Shown: positions 10,801-21,493 of the stretch, in pieces
Numbering within the stretch: position 1 is the first letter of the stretch
Layout of the letters: the number at the start of each line of letters is the position of its first letter
NCBI GenBank assembly: GCA_964187785.1
Contig: OZ076409.1
Span: forward strand, 87,546,001-87,610,000
Length of the DNA: 64,000 nucleotides
DNA from: Amphiscolops sp. MND2022
Taxonomy: Eukaryota
Direction of reading: 5' to 3'
The notes under the pieces: generated by a model
What the model was told of the DNA's origin: nothing
Databases searched by the model: none
What the model saw: the letters and a program-made list of their open reading frames with translations, nothing else
Translations under genes and position numbers: made by a program

Positions 10801-13231
10801 GTGTTGCGCCCAGTCCGGTATTGCACGCATCTGTGGTGATGTAGTTTTCCTTCTGTGGGTCGAAATGTGCTAGGCATGGGGCCTCTGTGATCTCTTTCTT
10901 CAGCTTTTCAAAGTCTTCGTCTATCTCGGGTGTCCACTCCCATTTGGTATCCTTTCTCAAGAGTTTCCTCATTTCGTCGGTTTTCTTCGATAGATTGTTG
11001 ATAAACTTTGATAAGTGTTGTATTGATCCCAGGAATGATTTCAGTTCTTTCACGTTCTTCGGGGCTTCTAATTTAGTTATTGCTTCCGTTTTGTTCTTGA
11101 TTGGTTTAACGCCGTTTTGGTTGATATAGTAGCCGAGCCAGGTTAATTCCTTTCTGAATAATTCTGTTTTCTTTTCACTTGCCCGATAACCAGCGTCTTG
11201 CAATTTTGACAAAACTTCTCGCAATTCTTTTTCGTGATCTTCGATCTCACCGTTAGTCACGCATATGATGTCGTCTAGCCAGACCGGTGTTTTGAATTCC
11301 AACACGGAGTCGATGTGCTCTTGGAATACCGTAGGGATGTCGGATAAGCCGTAGAAGCCTTTCTTGAACCGGTAGTGTCCGGTGAATTCTCCCCCAATGA
11401 TGGAGAATACGCAGTGTCTTGCGGCTTCTTTCGACAATTTCGCTTGTCCGTATGCGTAATCCAGATCGATTTTGGACATCCAAATATCCCCATTTCCTTT
11501 GGTAATTTTTGCGGAGATTTTGCTAATCAGTTCTTCCATGTTCGGCATTGCAGCTTTTCTTTTTATACATGCGTCATTCAATTTTCGTGAATCCAGGGCT
11601 ATTTTGACTGATTTGTCCTTTTTGATGGTGATAACTGCGGGTGATACAAAACAATTTTCAGTTGTTCTGTCAGCCTTTTCCAGATGTCCTTTGTCTATTA
11701 GTTTTTCTAACTCTTCACGGACAATTTTTTGAAAATGGATAGGGACCGGCCGTCCCTTTTGCTGGATTGGCTTGACGTCTTTTTTCAACTGAATGTCAAT
11801 GGTAAGGTCTTTGATAGTGTGGTTGTTTTTGAATAGATCTTCGTATTCGTTGAGGATTCTTTTTCTTCTTTCGTCTTCTGTCACATGACGAATAACATTT
11901 GTTTTCTTGCTGCCTTGTAATCCAATTTCCAATTTATCAAGCCAGTCGAAGCCCAATAATGGTTGAGTATTTTTATTTTCTGTTGTTAAGATTGGTAATA
12001 TCTCTCTGCTTTTTTCTGTTTTCACTTCAACCATGGCTTCCCCCTTGAATTTTATTGGATTCTTGTTTACGTCCACAAATGTTTTCGTCGTTTTCTTCAC
12101 TTCGGTCAAATCAATAATTGGCTGAATAATTGTCACTGGAGAGCCGGTATCATAAATGAATTCTATTGGCTGGCCGTGGACCAATAGGATAGTTTTGTAG
12201 AAGTCGACTCGGTTAATGCCGTTCACGGATTGAATGTGGTCCACTTCCGGCCATGATTCGGTGTTACTGTCCGATGAAACCACTTCGGCTATCCGGCTTA
12301 CGGTCTTGGATTTGCAAACCTTGGCAAAGTGTCCCATCTTTTTGCAATTATTGCATTGTGCTCTCCGTGCCGGGCAAATGTGTTCCATGGACCAGTTTGG
12401 CTTTCCGCAGAAGCGACAGTTTTTGTTCGTTAATTTCTTTTTGTCGTTGAATTGTGTTCTCCGCTTCCGTGATTGGTTCGTATGTCCGATTAGTTCGGTG
12501 CTTGTTGAACTACTTGTGGAATCTTTTTTGGCTTTTTTGCTTTTGGGTTTTTTGTCACCGTACTTTCTGTTGTAATTGTCGAGCTCTATGGTCTCTAATA
12601 CCAATTGTATTTTCAGAGGGCCCTTTATGAATTTGTCTCGGGCTCGTTTATCTTTAATTGTGGCTGCAAATTTGTACGTGATGATTTCTTCTGCCGTTAT
12701 GTTCCCAAAGTCACACTTTCTCTCGATGTCCACGAGCCTCTTCCAGTATTCATCTAAAGTCTCGTTATCGTCCTGCTTCATATTGAAAAATTGGGCCCTG
12801 CTGTGGAAGACGTTTCTTACCGGGAGAAATGTTTTTTTGAATAGTGTCAATAATTCTGGCAATTTGACATCTTTTATTTCTCGACCCCATTGTCCTCTCA
12901 TGATTTCATGTTTGGCTTTTGGGCCTAGAGCCCAGATAACGTCACCTTTCATGTGGTATGCCGTGTGAGGGTCCATGTATTCTACTCCTTCATCGGTAAT
13001 TTCGTCCAAGTTTCGGTTGTAGGTCAAAAGAATGTATTCCGAAATTTGTTCCCACCACATCTTTGGGTTGGCCTTGGTAAGATCGGTCTCTCTGTCAGAC
13101 AAAATGGGAATCTTGTACTTGCTTTTTTCCACTCTTTCTGACATCGTTTGGTTGTTGGTTGTCCGTGTTGTCTGTTCCGAAGACATCGGTCTGTCCTCCG
13201 TGGAATTGAGGTCAGTATTGTTGTTATCCAT
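7859..13231 (-). CDS. Gag-Pol polyprotein (Gag Zn knuckle, protease, RT, RNase H, integrase), 1790 aa
   Basis: CNNCKKMGHFAKVC; DTGS; RT DLDYAYGQ...WLDD; RNase H TDAC/ELE/TDH; integrase HHGH..CPSC, LDF, TDNG, VER. Order PR-RT-RH-IN is gypsy-type. Confidence 0.96.
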   Translation of the reverse strand: MDNNNTDLNSTEDRPMSSEQTTRTTNNQTMSERVEKSKYKIPILSDRETDLTKANPKMWWEQISEYILLTYNRNLDEITDEGVEYMDPHTAYHMKGDVIWALGPKAKHEIMRGQWGREIKDVKLPELLTLFKKTFLPVRNVFHSRAQFFNMKQDDNETLDEYWKRLVDIERKCDFGNITAEEIITYKFAATIKDKRARDKFIKGPLKIQLVLETIELDNYNRKYGDKKPKSKKAKKDSTSSSTSTELIGHTNQSRKRRTQFNDKKKLTNKNCRFCGKPNWSMEHICPARRAQCNNCKKMGHFAKVCKSKTVSRIAEVVSSDSNTESWPEVDHIQSVNGINRVDFYKTILLVHGQPIEFIYDTGSPVTIIQPIIDLTEVKKTTKTFVDVNKNPIKFKGEAMVEVKTEKSREILPILTTENKNTQPLLGFDWLDKLEIGLQGSKKTNVIRHVTEDERRKRILNEYEDLFKNNHTIKDLTIDIQLKKDVKPIQQKGRPVPIHFQKIVREELEKLIDKGHLEKADRTTENCFVSPAVITIKKDKSVKIALDSRKLNDACIKRKAAMPNMEELISKISAKITKGNGDIWMSKIDLDYAYGQAKLSKEAARHCVFSIIGGEFTGHYRFKKGFYGLSDIPTVFQEHIDSVLEFKTPVWLDDIICVTNGEIEDHEKELREVLSKLQDAGYRASEKKTELFRKELTWLGYYINQNGVKPIKNKTEAITKLEAPKNVKELKSFLGSIQHLSKFINNLSKKTDEMRKLLRKDTKWEWTPEIDEDFEKLKKEITEAPCLAHFDPQKENYITTDACNTGLGATLWQKEGETFRPVAFASRFLTDCEKKYAINELELLGALWGLEYFRYFVYGKRVNLLTDHQALQPLLKKNRAHEQYSARLTRWLDRLSHFDVNVQYTAGKNIPLTDYLSRHPIIPSEIAELENKADGLTEAEAEEEFVINQIYGLLEFNQKRDSIKRFTERNDTTEKFNQSQRGSNTRERNQNTHLLKASPLPNSSIPNSFKTLPSSSNKMDKVNGIDMDFIFKKRGHSPETKRLWIERNHILKPDKTRIVGKGKESERIQEYRPNQAGRKRIAELNIDIYNRFFHYCETLNTTPLQEFQQNNNESRTNSHQSDGESQTSRTKQDKCPTNALRRFKKHETVNLIRLKQTAKLNTLEPEQNEKTAEVLKKAEKDFALDLPLLVEETARDIKILNTIAAIELQHLESIFYPYRHHRLHLSTRFGLLFYNDKIVILENMRSTIIAMLHHGHVSKNKMEQLAEAFWWPGLNRDVHEKAETCPSCRAAGKNIITQIPSTEKNNLEISTEPNQEIQLDFAGPIKSKSRGDVYILVAVDRFSKWPTAQVCKSADTRTVLKFLTEYFTNNGTPQCIRTDNGSCFKSSEFKKVRTDENIKRIRCTPNLHTGTGLVERMIRTIKSLTRANMADGLKFEDSIQLAIKTIRQTPHSRLNMTPFQMHLGRKPRTALINIIGKPECLLSNWKKTLTNYILAQPTELQVVTINDAEGEMADYLVLNDTRKRSRSVSRKFKKYQFLEKENRPNSMKCGFKTDKILTATKETDHTVTTSDGRIIHKKLASKPLKFQTQRKPDEPKKAITRCKRCGKFSSDKYCEAHRQLDSNNNDAEEGPSTSRNFPTMPAKKKYKRIITYDSSSKESNTADPSSGEDNPNSDREEEDPEETDLRAEIGREIERLREQTPAPTTQVGCSTGRASTPPQPDVQGTPIHCQTTLDTGIEIAEPGDGITGKIRAEQNSYFRKNQIKSEPEPRRSERIKSARRVVKLGGVESF

Positions 13232-13252
13232 TATTTTTCTTTTTGTTCAAGA

Positions 13253-13266
13253 TGCTGACTGCGCCA
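13253..13266 (-). promoter_or_regulatory. Primer binding site (tRNA-Ser-like)
   Basis: TGGCGCAGTCAGCA directly after the 5' LTR; complementary to a ...TGCTGACTGCGCCA tRNA 3' end. Confidence 0.8.
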
Positions 13267-13463
13267 TGAAGTAACTTGGAGAAACAAGAGGATAAATACA
13301 GTGAATTAAAAAGCAAGAGTGTAAGTATCAAAGCCAATCTAAATTGTGTCTGATATCTCAGTGAGTTTCTATATACGCATTAACATTACATGACATCATA
13401 AAAGTGGCAGGTAGTTCAATGTTCATTTTAACTGTATTGTTCATTTTGCCATTTCATGCCACA
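13267..13463 (-). repeat. 5' LTR, family A copy 1
   Basis: Direct repeat of 7531-7727. Confidence 0.95.
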
Positions 13464-16400
13464 GCATGTTTTTGAATGACTTTATTACGGAAGATAACAA
13501 ATTTGATGTTTCTATAGAAAGATCAAAGTTAGTCTTCCGTAATAAAATAAATAGATTTATGTGGTAGAAAGCCTTCAAAAACGTGCAAAAATTTGAGAGT
13601 TAAATTTAGCTGCTTTGAGTTTCAAAATGATCGATTAACTTGAATCTCTCCGCAAGTTTTGAAACTGAGGTTATAGTAAGAACTTCAAATTTCATCCATT
13701 TTTGACTGAACTGTACTTAAAACTGAAAAAAAAACTGGATAAAAGTAGAGAACCCTGAGATAAAAATTCGTTGGCGGGAAAAAGGACATTGAACCACAGT
13801 TTTGACATTGAGCAACCATATGAACTGCAGACGCTGCTCGAGAAAAAACTAAAGCCAAACGGCGCCACTTTGAAGCAACTGAGTTTTGATTGAGTATTTT
13901 GTACATTTGATTGAATATCACTCAAATAGCAACAATAACATCCTAGTGAACATTTGAGTTCTCCCAGAAAAGGTAGATTATGACAGTGATAGAAAATAAA
14001 TCTCGAACCAGTTCAAGAAACAATAGTTTTTTTGTTGAGACAAATTTTCCTCAAAAGCTTTTTTGTGTCGTCAAAACACAGTTATGTGGGAGAATTTAGA
14101 TGCACCACAACATTGGGTGAGTTCTCCGAACAAAACGGCAATGGGAGTGGTTTTTGTATGCTTTCATGACAGTCCTGAGATCAAAAGTTATTGCAATTCG
14201 CTTGCTCACGACTTCAAAAACTATGAGAACCAACAAGAGCTATTTTTGCTTTCCCAACTATTTTTGACCTTCAACTTGGAACTGATTGACCAAACTTTTG
14301 ATGGTTTTTGGGATGGAATTGCAGAAAAACGCGTCTTTTCACATCAATTTTAGAGAAAATGTAGAATTATTCTAGTTTGTATCTAGATCAATGCCTCGAG
14401 CGACTTCGACCTGAATTTTGCAATTATATGGTCTAATACCTATGAAACGTACTGTAGTTTTGTAGATTTGATGTCTTTTTGTTTCAAAAATCCTGTAACA
14501 AAACGCCTCTTTTCAGATCAATTGAGATGTTAGTTTTTTGGGACTCTTCGGAGGCCACGTTCTCGTCGTGAGTCCTGTCACGTGTGGTTTATCTATAATA
14601 TACCGCACTAGCAGAGAACCTCCAACCCAGAATAACATTTTTCAATTACTGAATGCTTTGCTTTCAGTTGAACTGAATGTCCGGCATTATGCTTCTAACT
14701 TCATTTTGTTTCAGCTCAAGCAATGGAGAAAGATCAAAAATAGGATCATATCCATCTTTTTTGAAGGCAGTTTTGGCTATCGGAACAGCCCATTTCATAT
14801 TTTTTCAGCCATGGCACATACATTGCCCATGTGATGGGTCATGTCATGGTGAGCCATGAATCATGGATGGCGGGCCATGGCGTGACAACCTGGGGAGCCT
14901 GTCTGGCTTCAAAACTGCCACTCCACAGAATTTCCCGAGTAAGCAATTTTGGCACTTTTTGTGCTTGAATTTTTCAAATGCAAAATTGATACATAAACAG
15001 CTTTGAATCAATTTACCGTGATAAGGCAGAAATGGTGTGAAATTGGTAATTGATACTCAAAGCTGAAGAACAGTACGTTCAAAGTGCGATAATCACGCAC
15101 CAAAGAACGCCATTGATGTTGTTTTGTAAGAAATTGAGAAAATAGAAAAACCTTGATAAATATAGATTAAATGTTTCGTGACTGCTCTACAGGAGCAGCT
15201 TAATGAAGGGTAGGCAGAAAAGGGCCATGTAGATGAAAAATGGATGATAATTTTTGACTCAAGTGTACTTGTGTGATACCACTTGACTATTGGCTAATTG
15301 AATTTTTTACAGTGCTCTGCTTGTAGATCGGCAGTTGTGTAATATCAGCACTTCTGATACCAGACTTTTTTGTTTCAAATTTTTCATTTTTCAAGGTAGT
15401 ATGTGTTGATCGAAGAAATTTTTAGAAATATGTTGTAGAAAATTATGAAAAAACAAACACAGAAGAAAGCATAATTAATTTTGAATATTTTCGCTGGCAC
15501 CGACTTTTTTTCATTATTTCCTCAAATCGATCGGTTCAAATTTTACACGAATTTCAAATAATGCAATTTTTTCCAAGATCTTACAAAATTATGTCAGAAT
15601 TTAAAAAAAAAGTATGTATTTTTTTCAACTTGGTTAATCGTTGTCAACAGCGCACAGATGAGACCCGTTTAGCTAACGTTTCTCTCGTGACCTCTGTGAA
15701 AACTAAGTAACCATAAATTGATCAATCAGAAGTACCAGAATCGATTTTTAAGAAAATGAATTTTACAACAACTTGTCAGAAACAGTCATAAATAGAAAAT
15801 CCAATTACTTTTATATGATTCTGTACGAAGTAATTTCGAAATAATCATGGTCTTAATTTCAATTTTTCTCGTTTTATTTCCCTTTCAAAATTTTCCTCGC
15901 AGTTGGAGATAATAATCACAAATTTTAACCAGCAAAGATTACTCAGCAAGAATATAATATGTACATAGAACTCAAACTTGTAATTCAAACTTACTTCTGA
16001 AATTCTGGCATTTAATTGCCCTGTGAAATGTGAGTGGGTACAATATAATCTGAATTGATGATACGAAAAAATAGGTCTCATGAAAATCAAAGGTTAATGG
16101 AATTTTTGTATAAAATCGCTGTAAGGAGTAATTACTTTTTCTGAAGTCTATCAATTATGAATTACGAAAATCTCATTCATTTCCGAATTTGAATTCCGGA
16201 TTCTCTCTTTGCTGGGAGCCAAACAACCACCACATACCTTATCTCTGGAATAATAGGAGTCGAAGATAATGAAATTCCCCAGTGTTCATGCCTGCCTCTA
16301 ATTGAACAAAAATAGTGGAAGTAAATAAAGCTATACTTGGCTTAGATGCGCTAAAAAAACAACCTAAAAATGGTTCAAGTTAAAAAAAATGTGGAATGAA

Positions 16401-17999
16401 ATATTCAGGTTAATATTTCTGATTGAGCTGGAATATTCTTGTAACACGGACAGTCAATATTTTTTTCGAATATTCACATCTTTACAAATTGTTCTCTTTT
16501 AGCTGCGATTTACCTTTCTGAGCCGCCAGGGGTCCCGTACTAACACTCCATTACTTTGATGGATGACTAATGGCGGCCCAACGGAGATCACAAATTTAGC
16601 TCAATTGTGAGTTTTCCAACGGTGGCCACCAATGGGATAGGCCACTGGTGGACCATCGGTTGAACTGTTTGAATTTGAAACGTTTCCCATTTCGAACCAC
16701 GAATTTCAATAGAAATCTTCAACACTTAAGTTGCTAGATTTACATAAAATTGTTTTTAAGTACCTTAATTGCCTAGAAGCATTGAAAACGCTTTCCGCCC
16801 CCGCGTTTCCTGAAGCCGTTGTGCAAGCAGTGTTACAGTGCAGTTATAGCTCAGTAAGAACAAATTAGAAGCGCAAATTGTGCCAGAGTACAGTGTAAAG
16901 TACCAGATTGTCTAACATTAAATAAATGGCAGATTCGGAGCACGGTTTTTTGTTCTATTTCGAACATAAGTTTAAGTTTTTGGCTGACAGCCACTACCGC
17001 AAAATGTGTCATAGCCTTCACAGTGAGATTATGATAAGGGACCCTGTGGTCACCGATGGTTTGCACTGGGTTTCAACCCGGAGAGACCCTTCTTCTGACA
17101 TGAAGTTTTTTATGAATATAGTGTTTTCCAGTAACATTGCAAAAGGTCATTACCGTTTACTAGTAAAATTTTTCTATTCACAAATATTCACGTGGGTTTT
17201 AGTGCACGATTTGGATGCTTCCTAAGTATGCACTTTCGCAAATTCATAAATATTTTTGAATAATAAAAACAATCATGAAATGTTTTTGAGAAATCTGCTT
17301 GGAATTGGAAAATTGAGTTGATTCAACACGGATAAATGATATATGAATTTTTGAAAAATATGTGCAAATTTTTTGCAGTTATATTTCTTTTATTTCGACA
17401 CACATTGACCAAACTTATGCATTCGAAAAGTTATTGAAGCTCCATTTCAATATAATTCATGTGACAAGTGCTTGTTTTCAGCTAATTTTCTTTTTCATTT
17501 TCACCAAAAATTCCATTTGATCGATTCCCAAAAGAAATAGAAAGCCAAATAATATTACCATAGGTAATATGAAGGGCTATAAAGTAATTGGAATTCATTA
17601 ATCTCGGAATTCACAGTCATGTGGATGACCTCGTTCTAAAACCGGTCGTGTTTGAAAAAGAACTTGTTCGAAATAGCATCACTGGTGATATGCCAGAATA
17701 AAATGAACGACGAATTAGGTTTATACTATGCTGCTTAAACTATTGTTCAATTGTAGCGCCCATTTTAAACGATGAATTTTTTTCAAATTTTTGTAAGTAT
17801 ACAATTAAAGTTTTTTATAGAATCACTTCATACCAAATGGAATCAGCTGAGCTTAATTATTGAAAGCCTTTATAACCGGCAGCGTCATTCATATGCCTTT
17901 ATAAGCATGAAAACTAGAGTCTTGACTGATTCTCAGTTCAATAATTTATTAGGACGGGAATATTTCCACAAAAGCTTCTTCATAAATCTCTATTTTTGA

Positions 18000-18599
18000 T
18001 CACGAGTTGTCGTAAGCACGAGAGTATGTGGTTGTAAATCCGTCTTTGGAACGGTCGTTGGTCTGTTTAATCTTAGAATTGTTCCTAAGTTCTGAGTTTT
18101 GCAGTGCTTCGGAATATCCTTCCGGTCTCTCGGCCGGAACGTTCCATCTCTCTTTGGTCAATTGTCCCGACCCGGCCATAACTACATTTTGGATTTGAGG
18201 CAAAATTTGGCTACTAATTGCCTCATTTATGGCTCTTTGAATCTGAACACTGACACTATTCATCATTTCGTCCATCTCTCGAGATATACGTGAATTTAAC
18301 TCGCTCGACAATCTATTGATCTCAACGCTTGAACACTCTCTGATTGAATTATGGCCTAATTCGGTATTTGGACTTGGTCCATTATTTCCCGGGTTTGGGA
18401 AACCATTCTCATTCTCATCTCCAAATTCATCTCCAAATAAGCTTTCTGGCCTACCGGCCTGGTTACTATTCACGCTTTCATTTCTTTCATTTCTTTCAAA
18501 ATGGTTTTCGCCTAACATGATATCCAGATTTTCAATATCTGATAACATCTCAAGTCCTCTAGACTTTCTCGCTTTCTTTTGCTTTCTAGTGGTAGGCAT
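18000..18599 (-). other. Duplicate of the Gag N-terminal ~197 codons within the 3' LTR
   Basis: Near-identical to the N-terminus of ORF 31317-32984; diverges at the LTR edge (RAYD|NS vs RAYD|MVTG). Confidence 0.9.
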
Positions 18600-19882
18600 T
18601 AAGACAGAACCGGGTTGAATAATTCAATTATCAAAACCGGAAAACTGACAAAAGTCGTTGTATTAATTCAATCTTTATCAAAGTGAAGGTATGAGATTAT
18701 TGAGCTTTTTACAGGAATATGGCTATATATACTCGTAAAAAGATGACACTCACATTCCACAAATCCTTTGATCAAGAAAACATCACATGACTATGGCCTC
18801 AACAGGTCATGTTACAAGTGTTATTACAGCATCGGGTAGGGTATTCAACACTTCAAAGCGGATATTTTAGGGTGATGTCCCAATTGGGAAAATTCCTAGT
18901 TTCAGGGTAGTCCTTAGGAATTCAACATCAAAAGAATGGTATTTAACGGAGTACACAAGCAGCACCTTCAAGTGTCATGTTTATAAACATCATCAACATT
19001 ATCTTGTCAACAAATACCAATGTCTATTGAAGGAATGCAAAAGGCATCTCTTCGGAATGCACTTGCGACACGTGTCACCACGCGCCTATTATTCAACGTA
19101 AGGGGAAGCAACTTCAAATAATACATGTCTAATCTATTTAAATATCACTGCATCATTAAATAAGAGTATAAAAGGGCCAAGATTGGCCAAATCCTGATTA
19201 ATGGTACAATACTAGGGGGAGGAAGGGTAAAAGACCTTATTCGGCCTTTGATCAGCATCTAGTTTATTTGGTCCGTTGAGGGGTGCGTTGGTATTATTTT
19301 AATATTAAAACACCTTTGAAATGATCCCCAACTAATATGGTTAACTATAAAGTACAGATAATACAGCATCACTCATTACATCAAGACGGCCTAAACCGGC
19401 CATTTGACCAAGGTACAAAACAATTCGTGGACATTAAGTTAATTGGCCGTATTCGGCCGCTACCAAATCAAAGCTATATTGCACTTGTGAATTGAAGCGC
19501 TGTGATTGGTTGAGGGAATGAGCTCAAGTGACGTTTTTGGATTATCGCTGAGCGTCACTTGAACTCGTTTCCTATACCGCTTTACAGTTGCTTATATTAG
19601 TACTGCTTTTCGATTCAATCGATTTACATTTTAACTGCGCTTTCACAAAGTAGCCTAATTTGGACATCTCCAAATTGTACAATCTTTAACAGACTAATAT
19701 TAACTTCATTCAAATATGAAACTGTTACATGAAACATACAAAACAACAACTAATCGTTAAATAAAACTAGTTTTTAAGGTCCATAACCTGTATTCAGTAT
19801 ATTGGTAGTGTACTCGGTGTTGGATTTTGTTCTCCTGCCGATGTAGTATAGTTATTTCCGTCACAGGCGGCAGCCTGCGACA
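18008..19882 (-). repeat. 3' LTR of family B element (1875 bp)
   Basis: Direct repeat of 32444-34282 with about 6 substitutions (by eye) and one 36-bp indel. Confidence 0.95.
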
Positions 19883-20579
19883 CTGCGGGAGCAATGAAAA
19901 GTAGACAACCTGCATTCAGTCCATTTATGTACGCTTCTCGTCTCAATTTGGTGACAAATTCAGGTTCCCCGCGCGGCGTTGATCTCTCCATGTACCAATT
20001 GATCTTCTCGTCTTTAATCTCGTCCACTGATTTCCCACATACCATGCACCCAGTATATCTCTGACTGCTCAGGTTGTCATGGGGTCTGGTATTCTGGATG
20101 TGGTAGGACGCATAAAACTCGCTCGTTGGTGGTTGGACTAAAGGGGTATCTTGACTGGGCCCTCTTTCGTGGTCCGGCGGCGACATCGGGGACTCTAGAA
20201 TCGGTAGGATTGTATTGCACAGTTCGATGCGTGACTTTTCCATCCTCTTAGGAGGGGCATAGCACCTTTCTAAGTCGAAGTACTTGTGATCCATTTTTGG
20301 CGTCTTCTCAGCATTTGCACCGGATGTGCTTGGTCCAGCTACTGACACATCTTCTTCGGGTATCTCCGATGTCATTATCCTTCCCCCAATGAGCATAGGG
20401 CTAGATGTAACTTCTCTCTCTATCCGCGCTATCAGCTGTTCTGTATCGGTAGAACAATCCGTCTCCCAGTCTGACGCTTCGCTCTCACTACTCGATATGT
20501 AGATTACAGATTTCTCAGAGCCGTCTGAGTCGAAATCTTCCAAGTCAAATAACTTCCTTGCGAGATTGTATTTACTCAT
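19794..20579 (-). CDS. Accessory ORF3 of family B element, unknown function, 261 aa
   Basis: Intact ATG-to-stop ORF. Acidic/Ser-rich N-terminus, CMVC motif, helical C-terminal part; last ~29 codons lie inside the 3' LTR. Confidence 0.75.
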   Translation of the reverse strand: MSKYNLARKLFDLEDFDSDGSEKSVIYISSSESEASDWETDCSTDTEQLIARIEREVTSSPMLIGGRIMTSEIPEEDVSVAGPSTSGANAEKTPKMDHKYFDLERCYAPPKRMEKSRIELCNTILPILESPMSPPDHERGPSQDTPLVQPPTSEFYASYHIQNTRPHDNLSSQRYTGCMVCGKSVDEIKDEKINWYMERSTPRGEPEFVTKLRREAYINGLNAGCLLFIAPAVSQAAACDGNNYTTSAGEQNPTPSTLPIY

Positions 20580-20939
20580 GATGACTTTCTTCGCTATTTT
20601 GAGGCTTGTAGATGCAACTGTATCGTGATGAAGTTTTAGGATAGAATGAATTTGTCAAATCCAAAATTTAGCCGAGTAAGGTGTTTTCCCCAAGTTTCCA
20701 ATTTGGCGGTTAGACCTTCGGTTAATCGTCCTGATCTGTCATAAACTTTTCAGAATGGAATTCCTTGACTTGTCGGCTCCCTTTGATAACATGATGTTTA
20801 CCCCTCATCAGTGTCATCACTAGAAGAGGTGTGAATGACTCTCAGCTTATGAATATCAACTACGCCCGTCTCAAGTGGGTAAATAACGGGTCGCTTGTAA
20901 GCAATTAACGGCGCTTGTCGGATGAAACTCACTGAAATG

Positions 20940-21125
20940 GCTTCAGCCAATCAAATTTGAGCTTCGATAAATTTGGAAAATTGAATAATAAAGATGGCGG
21001 AAAATAATAATTTTGAATAACTAAAATGGCGAAAATAATAAATCTAAATAATCCAAGATGGCGAAAATTCTAACTAAGGGTAACTGGACAAAACGGCGAA
21101 ACAAAACAGGGCAAACGGCCATAAC
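20940..21125. promoter_or_regulatory. Putative internal bidirectional promoter
   Basis: Lies between divergent ORF3 and the antisense gene. AGCCAATCA box at 20945; AAGATGGCG-like motifs at 20991, 21023, 21055 and ~21090. Confidence 0.45.
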
Positions 21126-21493
21126 CGGCCCTTTAACTAAATAAGCTGTAAATAACAAAGTCCATTGTACACTTCGCTGGCAGACTCCATGTACAGAATA
21201 AATATGTAGATAATCCATAATATTAGTCTGGTAATAACCTTCAGCCACGAACTCCAACTTTCAATTACTTTACCCAATTCCAATTCCATTTAATTCTAAT
21301 CATCTTACGTTTGTCTTCTTTTATTTGCAATTCTTTAACTGACATCTGTCCGTACACATCCGTAGCGCTTTCATTGTCGCTGTCCGCAGAAGTATCCTTA
21401 TCCCCTTCATCTCCGACCGTGAACGGCCGTCATTCAGTTCCTCTACCAGTCAGCCCGAAACAACTCTTGTTGGAGCAACGTCGTTGGAGAGAC

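Larger units (their letters stand above)
7531..13463 (-). mobile_element. Full-length Ty3/gypsy LTR retrotransposon, family A copy 1 (5933 bp)
   Basis: 197-bp TG...CA LTRs, 5-bp TSD GCATG (7526-7530 / 13464-13468), PBS, PPT and one intact gag-pol ORF. Confidence 0.97.
7320..13800. mobile_element. Degenerate palindromic (foldback/MITE-like) element interrupted by the gypsy insertion
   Basis: 7320-7530 is the approximate reverse complement of ~13580-13800 (e.g. AATTTTTATCTCAGGGTTCT / AGAACCCTGAGATAAAAATT; TTTTGAAACTCAAAGCAGCTAAAT / ATTTAGCTGCTTTGAGTTTCAAAA). Symmetry centre near 13513. Confidence 0.7.

Noticed and set aside
7946..13274. Many short plus-strand ORFs opposite gag-pol (likewise 26350-33048 and 40159-44653)
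   Set aside because: Shadow ORFs of the long coding strand with no independent motifs.
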